Positions 1 to 15,000 of a DNA stretch of 64,000 bases are shown here, piece after piece; position 1 is the first letter of the stretch; each line of letters starts with the position of its first letter. The stretch lies in NCBI RefSeq assembly GCF_009914755.1, contig NC_060933.1; one strand, given 5' to 3'. The DNA is from the human T2T-CHM13v2.0 reference genome, Homo sapiens. Position numbers and translations under genes: made by a program. The notes under the pieces are model-generated. The model had not been told where the DNA came from. It was given only the letters and a program-made list of their open reading frames with translations, and searched no databases.

Positions 1-3000
1 GCAATCGTGTTGATTCCATTCCATTCCATTCCATTCCATTCCATTCCTTTCCATTCCATTACGGATGATTCCATTCCATTGCATTCCATTCCATTCCATT
101 CCCCTGTACTCGGGTTGATTCCATTCCATTCCATTCCAATCCATACCATTCCACTCGTGTTGATTCCATTCTTTCCATTCCATTCCAGTTGAATCCATTC
201 CATTGCATTCCATTCCATTGGATTCCATTCGATTGCACTCGGGTTGATTCCATTCCATTGCGTTCCATTCCATTCTATTCCATTCCATTCCATTCCATTC
301 CATTCCATTCCGTTCCATTCCGTTCCATTCCATTCCATTACATTCGGATTGATTCTATTCAATTCCCTTACACTCCATTACATTCCATTCCATTCGGGTA
401 GTTTCCATTCCATTCCATTCCATTCCTCTCCATTCCATTGCACTTGGGTTGATTCCATTCCATTGCATTCCATTCTATTCCATTCAATTCCATTCCGTTC
501 CATTCCATTCCATTACATTCGGATTGATTCTATTCAACTCCCTTACTCTCAATTACATTGCATTCCATTCGGGTTGTTCCATTCCATTCCATTCCATTCC
601 ACTCCATTCCATTGCACTCGGGTTGATTCCATTCCATTCCATTCCATTCCGGAAGATTCCATTCCATTGCATTCCATTCCATTCCATTCCCCTGCACTCG
701 CGTTGATTCCATTCCATTCCATTCTATTCCATTCCATTCCCTTCCTTTCCGTTCCATTCCATTCCATTCCATTCCATTCCATTCCATTCCTTTCCGTTCC
801 ATTCCATTCCATTCCATTCCATTCTATTCGGGTTAATTCCATTCCATTTCATTCAATTGCAATCGAGTTGATTCCATTCCATTCGATTCCATTCCATTCC
901 ATTCCATTCCTTTCCATTCCACTACGGATGATTCCATTCCATTGCATTCCATTCCATTCCATTCCCCTGTACTCGGGTTGATTCCATTCAATTGCATTCC
1001 AATCCATGCCCTTCCACTCGTGTTGATTCCATTCTTTCCATTCCATTCAAGTTGAATCCATTCCATTGCATTCCATTCCATTCGATTCCATTCGATTGCA
1101 CTCGGGTTGATTCCATTCCATTGCATTCCATTCCATTCCATTCCATTCCATTCCATTCCGTTACATTCCATTCCATTACATTCGGATTGATTCTATTCAA
1201 TTCCCTTACACTCGATTACATTCCATTTCATTCGTGTAGTTTCCATTCCATTCCATTCCATTCCTCTCTATTCCATTGAACTCTGGTTGATTCCATTCCA
1301 TTGCATTCCATTCCATTCCATTCAATTCCATTCCGTTCCATTCCATTCCATTACATTCGGATTGATTCTATTCAACTCCCTTACTCTCCATTACATTCCA
1401 TTCCATTCGGGTTGTTCCATTCCATTCCATTCCATTCCACTCCATTCCATTGCACTCGGGTTTATTCCATTCCATTCCATTCCATTCCATTCCATTCCAT
1501 TCCGGAAGATTCCATTCCATTGCATTCCATTCCATTCCATTCCCCTGCACTCGCGTTGATTCCATTCCATTCCATTCCATTCCATTCCATTCCATTCCAT
1601 TCCGTTCAATTCCATTCCATTCCATTCCATTCCAATCCATTCCATTCCGTTCCGTTCCATTCCATTACATTCCATTCCATTCTATTCGGGTTAATTCCAT
1701 TCCATTCCATTCGATTGCAATCGAGTTGATTCCATTCCATTCCATTCCATTCCATTCCTTTCCATTCCATTACGGATGATTCCATTCCATTGCATTCCAT
1801 TCCATTCCATTCCCCTGTACTCGGGTTGATTCCATTCCATTCCATTCCAATCCATGCCATTCCACTCGTGTTGATTCCATTCTTTCCATTCCATTCAAGT
1901 TGAAACCATTCCATTGCATTCCATTCCTTTCCATTCCCCTGCAGTCGGGTTGTTTCCATTCCATTTCTTTCCATTCTATTCGATTCCATTCCATTCCAAT
2001 TCTTCCATTCCATTCTATTCCGTACCATGACATTCCATTCCATACAATTCCATTCCATTCCATTCCACTCCGTTCCGTTCCGTTCCGTTCCGTTCCATTC
2101 CTTTCCATTCCATTCTATTCGGGTTAATTCCATTCCATTCCATTCGATTGCAATCGAGTTGATTCCATTCCATTCCATTCCATTCCATTCCATTCCATTC
2201 CATTCCATTTCTTTCCATTCCATTACGGATGATTCCGTTCCATTCCATTCCATTCCATTCCATTCCCCTGTACTCGGGTTGACTCCATTCCATTCCATTC
2301 CAATCCATGCCATTCCACTCGTGTTGATTCCATTCTTTCCGTTCCATTCAAGTTGAATCCATTCCATTGCCTTCCATTCCATTCCATTCCCCTGCAGTCG
2401 GGTTGATTCCATTCCATTCCATTCCATTGCATTCCATTCCATTCCATTCCGTTCCGTTCCATTCCATTCCATTCCATTCTATTCGGGTTAATTCCATTCC
2501 ATTCCATTCCATTCCATTCCATTCCAATCGAGTTGATTCCATTCCATTCCATTCCATTCCATTCCATTCCACTCCATTCCAGTCCTTTCCATTCCATTCC
2601 ACTCGGGTTCATTCCAATGTATTCCTTTCCAGTCCATTCCATTCCATTGCAATCGAGTTGATTCCATTGCTTTGCATTCCATTCCATTCCATTCCATTCC
2701 GAATGATTCCATTCCATTGCATTCCATTCCATTCCATTCTGCTGCACTCGGGTTGATTCCATTCCATTCCACTCCATTCCGTTCCATTCCATTCCATTGC
2801 ATTGTATTCGGGTTAATTCCATTCCATTCCGTTACATTCCATTCCATTCCATTACAATCGAGTTGATTCCATTCCATTCCATTCCATTCCAGTCCTTTCC
2901 CTTCCATTCCACTCTGGTTGATTCCATTCCTTTCCATTCCACTCGAATACATTCCCTCCTATTCCACTCGGAAGGATTCCATTCCATTCCATTCCATTCC

Positions 3001-6000
3001 ATTCCATTCCATTCCATTCCATTCCATTCCATTTCGTTCCATTCCATTCTATTCCGTATCATTCCATTCCATTCCATTCCCTTCCATTCTATTCCATTCC
3101 ATTCCATTCCATTGTACTCGGGTTGATTCAATTCCATTGCATTCCATTCCATTCCATTCCATTCCATTCCGTTGCATTCCATTCCATTACATTCGGATTG
3201 ATTCTATTCAACTCCCTTACTCTGCATTACATTCCATTCCATTAGGGTTGTTCCATTCCATTCCATTCCATTCGACTCCATTCCATTGCACTCGGGTTGA
3301 TTCCATTCCATTCCATTCCATTCCATTATATTGCGGATGATTCCATTCCATTGCATTCCGTTCCATTACATTCCCCTGCACTCGCGTTGATTCCATTCCA
3401 TTCCATTCCATTCCATTCCATTCCATTACAATTCGTTCCATTCCATTCTATTCCGTACCATTCCATTCCATTCAATACCATTCCATTCCATTCCGTTCCA
3501 TTCCATTCCATTACATTCGGATTGATTCTATTCAACTCCCTTACTCTCCATTACATTCCATTCCATTCGGGTTGTTCCATTCCATTCCATTCCATTCCAC
3601 TCCATTCCATTGCACTCGGGTTGATTCCATTCCATTCCATTCCATTCCATTCCATTCCATTCCGGAAGATTCCATTCCATTGCATTCCATTCCATTCCAT
3701 TCCCCTGCACTCGTGTTGATTCCATTCCATTCCATTCCATTCCATTCCATTCCGTTCCGTTCCATTCCATTCCATTCCATTCCATTCCATTCCGTTCCGC
3801 TCCATTCCATTCCATTCCATTCTATTCGAGTTAATTCCATTCAATTCCATTCGATTGCAATCGAGTTGATTCCATTCCATTCCATTCCATTCCATTCCAT
3901 TCCATTCCATTCCTTTCTTTCCATTACGGATGATTCCATTCCATTGCATTCCATTCCATTCCATTCCCCTGTACTCGGGTTGATTCCATTCCATTCCATT
4001 CCAATCCATGCCATTCCACTCGTGTTGATTCCATTCTTTCCATTCCATTCAAGTTGAATCCATTCCATTGCATTCCATTCCATTCGATTCCATTCGATTG
4101 CACTCGGGTTGATTCCATTCCATTGCATTCCATTCCATTCCATTCCATTCCATTCCATTCCATTCCGTTCCATTCCATTCCATTACATTCGGATTGATTC
4201 TATTCAATTCCCTTTCACTCCATTACATTCCATTCCATTCGGGTAGTTTCCATTCCATTCCATTCCTTTCCTCTCCTTTCCATTGCACTCGGGTTGATTC
4301 CATTCCATTGCATTCCATTCCATTCCATTCAATTCCATTCCGTTCTATTCCATTCCATTACTTTCGGATTGATTCTATTCAACTCCCTTACTCTCCATTA
4401 CATTCCATTCCATTCGGGTTGTTCCATTCCATTCCATTCCATTCCAGTCCATTCCATTGCACTCGGGTTGATTCCATTCCATTCCATTCCATTCCATTCC
4501 ATTCCATTTCATTCCATTCCGGAAGATTCCATTAGATTGCATTCCATTCCATTCCATTCCCGTGCACTCGCGTTTATTCCATTCCATTCAATTCTAATCC
4601 ATTCCATTCCCTTCCTTTCCATTCCATTCCATTCCATTCCATTCCATTCTATTCCGTTCCGTTCCATTCCATTCCATTCCATTCTATTCGGTTAATTCCA
4701 TTCCATTCCATTCGTTTGCAATCGAGTTGATTCCATTCCATTCCATTCCATTCCATTCCATTCCATTCCATTCCTTTCCATTCCATTACGGATGATTCCA
4801 TTCCATTGCATTCCATTCCATTCCTTTCCCCTCCACTCGGGATGATTCCATTCCATTCCACTCCATTCCGTTCCATGTCATTCCATTCCATTGTATTCGG
4901 GTTAATTCCATTCCATTCCATTCCATTCCATTACAATCGAGTTGATTCCATTGCATTCCATTCCATTCCAGTCCTTTCCATTCCATTCCAGTCGGGTTGA
5001 TTCCATTCTATTAGTTTCCATTCCATTCCATTCCCTTCCATTCCACTCTGGTTGATTCCATTCCTTTCCATTCCACTCGAAAACATTCCCTCCTATTCCA
5101 CTCGGAACGATTCCATTCCATTCCATTCCATTCCATTCCATTCCATTCCATTCCATTTCGTTCCATTCCATTCTATTCCGTATCATTACATTCCATTCCA
5201 TTCCATTCCATTAAATTCCATTCCATTCCATTCCATTCCATTGTACTCGGGTTGATTCCATTCCATTGCATTCCATTCCATTCCATTCCATTCCATTCCA
5301 TTCCGTTGCATTCCATTACATTCGGATTGATTCTTTTCAACTCCCTTACTCTCCATTACATTCCATTCCATTCGGGTTGTTCCATTCCATTCCATTCCAT
5401 TCCACTCCATTCCATTGCACTCGGGTTGATTCCATTCCATTCCATTCCATTCCATTCCGGATGATTCCATTCCATTGCATTCCGTTCTATTACATTCCCC
5501 TGCACTCGGGTTGATTCCATTCCATTCCTTTCCATTCCATTCGATTCCATTCCATTCCCCTGCACTCGCGTTGATTCCATTCCATTCCATTCCATTCCAT
5601 TCCATTCCTTTCCGTTCAATTCCATTCCATTCCATTCCATTCCATTCCGTTCCATTCCATTCCATTCCATTCTATTCGGGTTAATTCCATTACATTCCAT
5701 TCGATTGCAATCGAGTTGATTCCATTCCATTCCATTCCATTCCATTCCATTCCAGTCCTTTCCATTCCTTTCCATTCCATTACTGATGATTCCATTCCAT
5801 TGCATTCCATTCCATTCCATTCCCCTGTACTCGGGTTGATTCCATTCCATTCCATTCCAATCCATGCCATTCCACTCGTGTTGATTCCATTCTTTCCTTT
5901 CCACTCAAGTTGAATCCATTCCATTGCATTCCATTCCATTCGATTCCATTCGATTGCACTCGGGTTGATTCCATTCCATTCCATTACATTCCATTCCGTT

Positions 6001-9000
6001 CCATTCCATTCCGTTCCATTCCATTTCATTACATTCAGATTGATTCTATTCACTTCCCTTACACTCCATTATATTCCAATCCATTCTGGTTGTTTCCATT
6101 CCATTCCATTCCATTTCACTCCATTCCATTGCACTCGGGTTGATTCCATTCCATTCCATTCCACTGCATTCCATTCCATTCCATTCCGGATGATTCCATT
6201 CCATTGCATTCCATTCCATTCCATTCCCCTGCACTCGGGTTGATTCCATTCCATTCCATTCCATTCCATTCCGTTCCATTCCATTCCATTCCATTCGCAT
6301 TGATTCTATTCAATTCCCTTACACTCCATTACATTCCATTCCATTCGGGTAGTTTCCATTCCATTCCATTCCATTCCTCTCCATTCCATTGCACTCGGGT
6401 TGATTCCTTTCCATTCCATTCCATTCCATTCCATTACATTACATTACATTACATTCCGTTCCATTGTACTCGGGTTGATTCCATTCCATATCATTCCATT
6501 CCATTCCATTCCATTCCATTCCATTCCGTTCCATTCCATTACATTCGAATTGATTCTATTCAACTCCCTTACTCTCCATTACATTCCATTCCATTCGGGT
6601 TGTTCCATTCTATTCCATTCCATTCCACTCCATTCCATTGCACTCGTGTTGATTCCATTCCATTCCATTCCATTCCATTCCATTCCATTCCATTCCGGAT
6701 GATTCCATTCCATTGCATTCCGTTCCATTACATTCCCTTGCACTCGGGTTGATTCCATTCCATTCCATTCCATTCCATTCCGTTCCGTTCCATTCCATTC
6801 TATTCCATTACGTTCCGTTCCATTCCATTCCATTCCATTCTATTCGGGTTAATTCCATTCCATTCCATTCGATTGCAATCGAGTTGATTCCATTCCATTC
6901 CATTCCATTCCATTCCATTCCATTCCGGAAGATTCCATTCCATTGCATTCCATTCCATTCCATTCCCCTGCACTCGCGTTGATTCCATTCCATTCCATTC
7001 CATTCCATTCCATTCCATTACGTTCCGTTCCATTCCATTCTATTCCATTCCATTCCATTCCGTTCCGTTCCATTCCATTCCATTCCATTCTATTCGGGTT
7101 AATTCCAATCCATTCCATTCGATTGCAATCGAGTTGATTCCATTCCATTCCATTCCATTCCATTCCATTCCATTCCTTTCCATTCCATTACGGATGATTC
7201 CATTCCATTGCATTCCATTCCATTCCATTCCCCTGTACTCGGGTTGATTCCATTCCATTCCATTCCAATCCATGTCATTCCACTCGTGTTGATTCCATTC
7301 TTTCCATTCCATTCAAGTTGAATCCATTCCACTGCATTCCATTCCATTCGATTCCATTCGATTGCACTCGGGTTGATTCCTTTCCATTCCACTCCATTCC
7401 ATTCCATTCCGTTCCATTCCATTCCATTACATTCGGATTGATTCTATTCAATTCCCTTACACTCCATTACATTCCATTCCATTCGGGTAGTTTCCATTCC
7501 ATTCCATTCCATTCCTCTCCTTTCCATTGCACTCGGGTTGATTCCAATCCATTGCATTCCATTCCATTCCATTCCATTCCATTCCATTCAATTCCGTTCC
7601 ATTCCATTACATTCGGATTGATTCTATTCAACTCCCTTACTCTCCATTACATTCCATTCCATTCGGGTTGTTCCATTCCATTCCATTCCATTCCACTCCA
7701 TTCCATTGCACTCGGGTTGATTCCATTCCATTCCATTCCATTCCATTCCATTCCATTCCATTCCGGAAGATTCGATTCCATTGCATTCCATTCCATTCCA
7801 TTCCCCTGCACTCGCGTTGATTCCATTCCATTCCATTCTATTCCATTCCATTCCCTTCCTTTCCGTTCCATTCCATTCCATTCCATTCCATTCCTTTCAG
7901 TTCCATTCCATTCCATTCCATTCTATTCGGTTAATTCCATTCCATTCCATTCGATTGCAATCGAGTTGATTCCATTCCATTCCATTCCATTCCTTTCCAT
8001 TCCATTCCTTTCCATTCCATTACGGATGATTCCATTCCATTGCATTCCATTCCATTCCATTCCCCTGTACTCGGGTTGATTCCATTCCATTCCATTCCAA
8101 TCCATGCCATTCCACTCGTGTTGATTCCATTCTTTCCATTCCATTCAAGTTGAATCCATTCCATTGCATTCCATTCCATTCGATTCCATTCGATTGCACT
8201 CGGGTTGATTCCATTCCATTGCATTCCATTCCATTCCATTCCATTCCATTCCATTCCGTTCCATTCCATTTCATTACATTCAGATTTATTCTATTCAATT
8301 CCCTTACACTCCATTATATTCCAATCCATTCTGGTTGTTTCCATTCCATTCCATTCCATTCCATTTCACTCCATTCCATTGCACTCGGGTTGATTCCATT
8401 CCATTCCATTCCATTGCATTCCATTCCATTCCATTCCGGATGATTCCATTCCATTGCATTCCATTCCATTCCATTCCCCTGCACTCGGGTTGATTCCATT
8501 CCATTACGTTCCATTACATTCCGTTCCATTCCATTCCATTCCATTCGGATTGATTCTATTCAATTCCCTTACACTCCATTACATTCCATTCCATTCGGGT
8601 AGTTTCCATTCCATTCCATTCAATTCCTCTCCATTCCATTGCACTCGGGTTGATTCCATTCCATTCCATTCCATTCCATTCCATTCCATTCCATTCCATT
8701 ACATTACCTTCCATTCCATTCCGTTCCATTGTACTCGGGTTGATTCCATTCCATTGCATTCCATTCCATTCCATTCCATTCCATTCCATTCCATTCCATT
8801 CCATTCCATTACATTCGGATTGATTCTATTCAACTCCCTTACTCTCCATTACATTCCATTCCATTCTGGTTGTTCCATTCCATTCCATTCCATTCCACTC
8901 CATTCCATTGCACTCGGGTTGATTCCATTCCATTCCATTCCATTCCATTCCATTCCATTCCATTCCATTCCGGATGATTCCATTCCATTGCATTCCGTTC

Positions 9001-12000
9001 AATTGCATTCCCCTGCACTCGGGTTGATTCCATTCCTTTCCATTCCATTCCATTCGATTCCATTCCATTCCAATACTTTCCATTCCATTGTATTCCGTAC
9101 CATGCCATTCCATTCCATACAATTCCATTCCTTTACATTCCACTCCGTTCCGTTCCGTTCCATTCCATTCCATTCCATTCTATTCGGTTTAATTCCATTC
9201 CATTCCATTGCATTCCATTCTATTCCATTGCATTGCAATCGAGTTGAATCCATTGAATTCCATTCCATTCCGGAAGATTCCATTCCATTGCATTCCATTC
9301 CATTCCATTCCATTCCATTCCATTCCATTCCATTCCATTCCATTGTACTCGGGTTGATTCCATTCCATTGCTTTCCATTCCATTCCATTCCATTCCATTC
9401 CATTCCATTCCATTCCGTTCCATTCCATTCCATTACATTCGGATTGATTCTTTTCAACTCCCTTACTCTCCATTACATTCCATTCCATTCGGGTTGTTCC
9501 ATTCCATTCCATTCCATTCCATTCCACTCCATTCCATTGCACTCGGGTTGATTCCATTCCATTGCATTCCATTCCATTCCGGATGATTCCATTCCATTGC
9601 ATTCCGTTCCATTACATTCCCCTGCACTCGGGTTGATTCCATTCCATTCCATTCCATTGCATTCCATTCCATTCCATTCGATTCCATTCCATTCCCCTGC
9701 ATTCGCGTTGATTCCATTCCATTCCATTCCATTCCATTCCATTCCATTCCATTCCTTTCCATCCCAGTCCTTTCCATTCCATTCCACTCGGGTTGATTCC
9801 ATTCTATTAGTTTCCATTCCATTCCATTCCCTTCCATTCTACTCTGTTTGATTCCATTCCTTTCCATTCCACTCGAATACATTCCCTGCTATTCCACTCG
9901 GAACGATTCCATTCCATTCCATTCCATTCCATTCCATTCCATTCCATTCCATTCCATTTCGTTCCATTCCATTCTATTCCGTATCATTCCATTCCATTCC
10001 ATGTCATTCCATTCCATTCCATTCCATTCCATTCCACTCGTGTTGATTCCATTCCTTTCCATTCCATTCGGTTTGAAGGTATTCCAATCCATTCCATTCC
10101 ATTCCATTCCATTCCATTCCATTCCATTCCATTCCATTCCATTCCATTGTACTCGGGTTGATTCCATTCCATTGCATTCCATTCCATTCCATTCCATTCC
10201 ATTCCGTTCCATTCCATTACATTCGGATTGATTCTATTCAACTCCCTTACTCTCCATTACATTCCATTCCATTCGGGTTGTTCCATTCCATTCCATTCCG
10301 TTCCACTCCATTCCATTGCACTCGGGTTGATTCCATTCAATTCCATTCCATTTCATTCCATTCCATTCCATTCCATTTCATTCCATTCCATTCCATTCCA
10401 TTCCGGATGATTCCATTCCATTGCATTCCGTTCCATTACATTCCCCTGCACTCGGTTTGATTCCATTCCATTCCATTCCATTCCATTCGATTCCATTCCA
10501 TTCCAATTCTTTCCATTCCATTCTATTCCGTACCATGCCATTCCATTCCATACAATTCCATTCCATTCCATTCCACTCCGTTCCGTTCCATTCCGTTCCG
10601 TTCCGTTCCGTTCCATTCCATTCCATTCCATTCTATTCGGTTTAATTCCATTCCATTCCATTCCATTCCATTCTATTCCATTCCATTGCAATCGAGTTGA
10701 ATCCATTGTATTCCATTCCATTCCATTCCATTCCATTCCATTCCATTCCGGAAGATTCAATTCCATTGCATTAAATTCCATTCCATTCCATTCCATTCCA
10801 TTCCATTCCATTCCATTCCATTCCATTCCATTGTACTCGGGTTGATTCCATTCCATTGCATTCCATTCCATTCCATTCCATTCCATTCCGTTCCATTCCA
10901 TTCCATTTCATTCGGATTGATTCTTTTCAACTCCCTTACTCTCCATTACATTCCATTCCATTCGGGTTGTTCCATTCCATTCCATTCCATTCCACTCCAT
11001 TGCATTGCACTCGGGTTGATTCCATTCCATTCCATTCCGGATGATTCCATTCCATTGCATTCCGTTCCATTACATTCTCCTGCACTCGGGTTGATTCCAT
11101 TCCATTCCATTCCATTCCATTCAATTCCATTCCATTCCGTTCCGTTCCGTTCCATTCCATTCCATTCCATTCTATTCGGGTTAATTCCATTCCATTCCAT
11201 TCCATTCGATTGCCATCGAGTTGATTCCATTCCATTCCATTGCATTCCATTCCATTCCATTCAATTCCATTCCTTTCCATTCCATTACGGATGATTCCAT
11301 TCCATTGCATTCCATTCCATTCCATTCCCCTGTACTCGGGTTGATTCCATTCCATTTCATTCCAATCCATGCCATTCCACTCGTGTTGATTCCATTCTTT
11401 ACATTCCATTCAAGTTGAATCCATTCCATTGCATTCCATTCCATTCCATTCCCCTGCAGTCGGGTTGACTCCATTCCATTCCATTCCATTCCAATCCGTT
11501 CCGTTCCGTTCCTTTCCATTCCATTCCTTTCTATTCGGGTTAATTCCATTCCATTCCATTCCATTCCATTCCATTCCATTCCAATCAAGTTGATTCCATT
11601 CCATTCCATTCCATTCCATTCCATTCCATTCCACTGCATTCCAGTCCTTTCCATTGCATTCCACTCGGGTTGATTCCAATGTATTCCTTTCCATTCCATT
11701 CCATTCCATTGCAATCGAGTTGATTCCATTGCTTTGCATTCCATTCCATTCCATTCCATTCCGGATGATTCCATTCCATTGCATTCCATTCCATTCCATT
11801 CCCCTGCATTCGGGTTGATTCCATTCCATTCTACTCCATTCCGTTCCATTCCATTCCATTCCATTGTATTCGGGTTAATTCCATTCCATTCCATTCCATT
11901 ACAATCGAGTTGATTCCATTCCATTCCATTCCATTCCAGTCCTTTCCATTCCATTCCTCTCTGGTTGATTCCATTCTATTAGATTCCATTCCCTTCCATT

Positions 12001-15000
12001 CCACTCTGGTTGATTCCATTCCTTTCCATTCCACTCGAATACATTCCCTCCTATTCCACTCGGAACGATTCCATTCCATTCCATTCCATTCCATTCCATT
12101 CCATTCCATTCCATTCCATTCCATTTCGTTCCATTCCATTCTATTCCGTATCATTCCATTCCATTCCATTCCATTCCATTCCATTCCATTCCATTCCATT
12201 CCATTGTACTCGGGTTGATTCCATTCCATTGCATTGCATTCCATTCCATTCCTTTCCATTCGGATTGATTCTATTCAACTCCCTTACTCTCCATTACATT
12301 GCATTCCATTCGTGTTGTTCCATTCCATTCCATTCCATTCCACTCCATTCCATTGCACTCGGGTTGATTCCATTCCATTCAATTCCATTCCATTCCATTC
12401 CGGATGATTCCATTCCATTGCATTCCTTTCCATTACATTCCCCTGCACTCGCGTTGATTCCATTCCATTCCATTCAATTCCATTCCATTACAATTCGTTC
12501 CATTCCATTCTATTCCGTACCATTCCATTCCATTCCATACCATTCCATTCCATTCCATTCCATTCCATTCTTTTCCATTCCGTTCCATTCCATTCCATTC
12601 CATTCTATTCAGATTAATTCCATTCCATTCCATTCCATTCCATTCTATTCCATTCCATTGCAATCGAGTTGAATCCATTGCATTTCATTCCATTCCATTC
12701 CATTCCTTTCCATTCCATTCCGGAAGATTCCATTCCATTGCATTCCATTCCATTCCATTCCCCTGCACTCGGGTTGATTCCCTTCCATTCCACTCCATTC
12801 CGTTCCATTCCATTCCATTCCATTGTATTCGGGTTAATTCCATTGCATTCCATTCCATTCCAGTCCTTTCCATTCCATTCCACTTGGGTTGATTCCATTC
12901 TATTAGTTTCCATTCCATTCCATACCCTTCCATTCCACTCTGGTTGATTCCATTCCTTTCCATTCCACTCGAGTACATTCCCTCCTATTCCACTCGGAAC
13001 GATTCCATTCCATTCCATTCCAATCCATTCCATTCCATTCCATTCCGTTTCGTTCCATTCCATTCTATTCCGTATCATTCCATTCCATTCCATTCCATTC
13101 CATTCCATTCCATTCCGTTGTACTCGGGTTGAATCCATTCCATTGCATTCCATTCCATTTCATTCCATTCCGTTGCATTCCATTCCATTACATTCGGATT
13201 GATTGTATTCAACTCCCTTACTCTCCATTACATTCCATTCCATTCGGGTTGTTCCATTCCATTCCATTCCATTCCACTCCATTCCATTGCACTCGGGTTG
13301 ATTCCATTCCATTCCATTCCATTCCATTCCATTGCAATCGAGTTGATTCCATTCCATTCCTTTCCATTCCATTCCATTGCCTTGCATTCCAATCGTGTTG
13401 ATTCCATTCCCTTCTTTCCACTCCATTACATTCCCTTCCATGATTGATTCCATTCCATTCCATTTCATTTCATTCCATTGCAATCCATTCCAATCCATTC
13501 CATTCCATTCCATTCCACTAGAGTTGACTTCATTCCATTCCTTTCCATTCCATTCCATTCCTTTCCACTCGAGTTGATTCCATTCCATTCCAATCCATTG
13601 CATTCAATTCCATGCCATTCCACTCGGGTTCATTCCATTCATTTGCATTCCATTCCATTCCATTCCATTCCATTCCATTCCATTCCGTTGCATTTCATTC
13701 CATTACATTCGGATTGATTCTATTCAACTCCCTTACTCTCCATTACATTCCATTCCATTCGGGTTGTTCCATTCCATTCCATTCCATTCCATTGCACTCT
13801 GGTTGATTCCATTCCATTCCATTCCATTCCATTCCATTCCGGATGATTCCATTCCATTGCATTCCGTTCCATTACATTCCCCTGCACTCGCGTTGATTCC
13901 ATTCCAGTCCATTCCATTCCATTCAATTCCATTCCATTACAATTCGTTCCATTCCATTCTATTCCGTACCATTGCATTCCATTCCATACCATTCCATTCC
14001 ATTCCATTCCATTCCATTCCATTCCATTCCATTCCATTCCATTCCATTCTATTCGGGTTAATTCCATTCCATTCCATTCGATTGCAATCGTGTTGATTCC
14101 ATTCCATTCCATTCCATTCCATTCCATTCCTTTCCATTCCATTACGGATGATTCCATTCCGTTGCATTCCATTCCATTCCATTCCCCTGTACTCGGGTTG
14201 ATTCCATTCCATTACATTCCAATCCATGCCCTTCCACTCGTGTTGATTCCATTCTTTCCATTCCATTCAAGTTGAATCTATTCCATTGCATTCCATTCCA
14301 TTCGATTCCATTCGATTGCACTCGGGTTGATTCCATTCCGTTGCATTCCATTCCATTCCAATCCATTCCATTCCATTCCATTCCATTCCGTTCCATTAAA
14401 TTCCATTACATTCGGATTGATTCTATTCAATTTCCTTACACTCCATTACATTCCATTCCATTCGGGTAGTTTCCATTCCATTCCATTCCATTCCACTCCA
14501 TTCCATTGCACTCGGGTTGATTCCATTCCATTGCATTCCATTCCATTCCATTCCATTCCATTCCATTCCATTCCGGAAGATTCCATTCCATTGCATTCCA
14601 TTCCATTCCATTCCCCTGCACTCGCGTTGATTCCATTCCATTCCATTCCATTCCATTCCATTCCATTCCATTCCATTCCTTTCCGTTCCATTCCATTCCA
14701 TTCCATTCCATTCCATTGCGTTCCGTTCCGTTCCGTTCCATTCCATTCCATTCCATTCTATTCGGGTTAATTCCATTCCATTCCATTCGATTGCAATCGA
14801 GTTGATTCCATTCCATTCCATTCCATTCCATTCCATTCCATTCCATTCCATTCCTTTCCATTCCATTACGGATGATTCCATTCCATTGCATTCCATTCCA
14901 TTCCATTCCCCTGTAATCGGGTTGACTCCATTCCATTCCATTCAAATCCATGCCATTCCATTCGTGTTGATTCCATTCTTTCCATTCCATTCAAGTTGAA

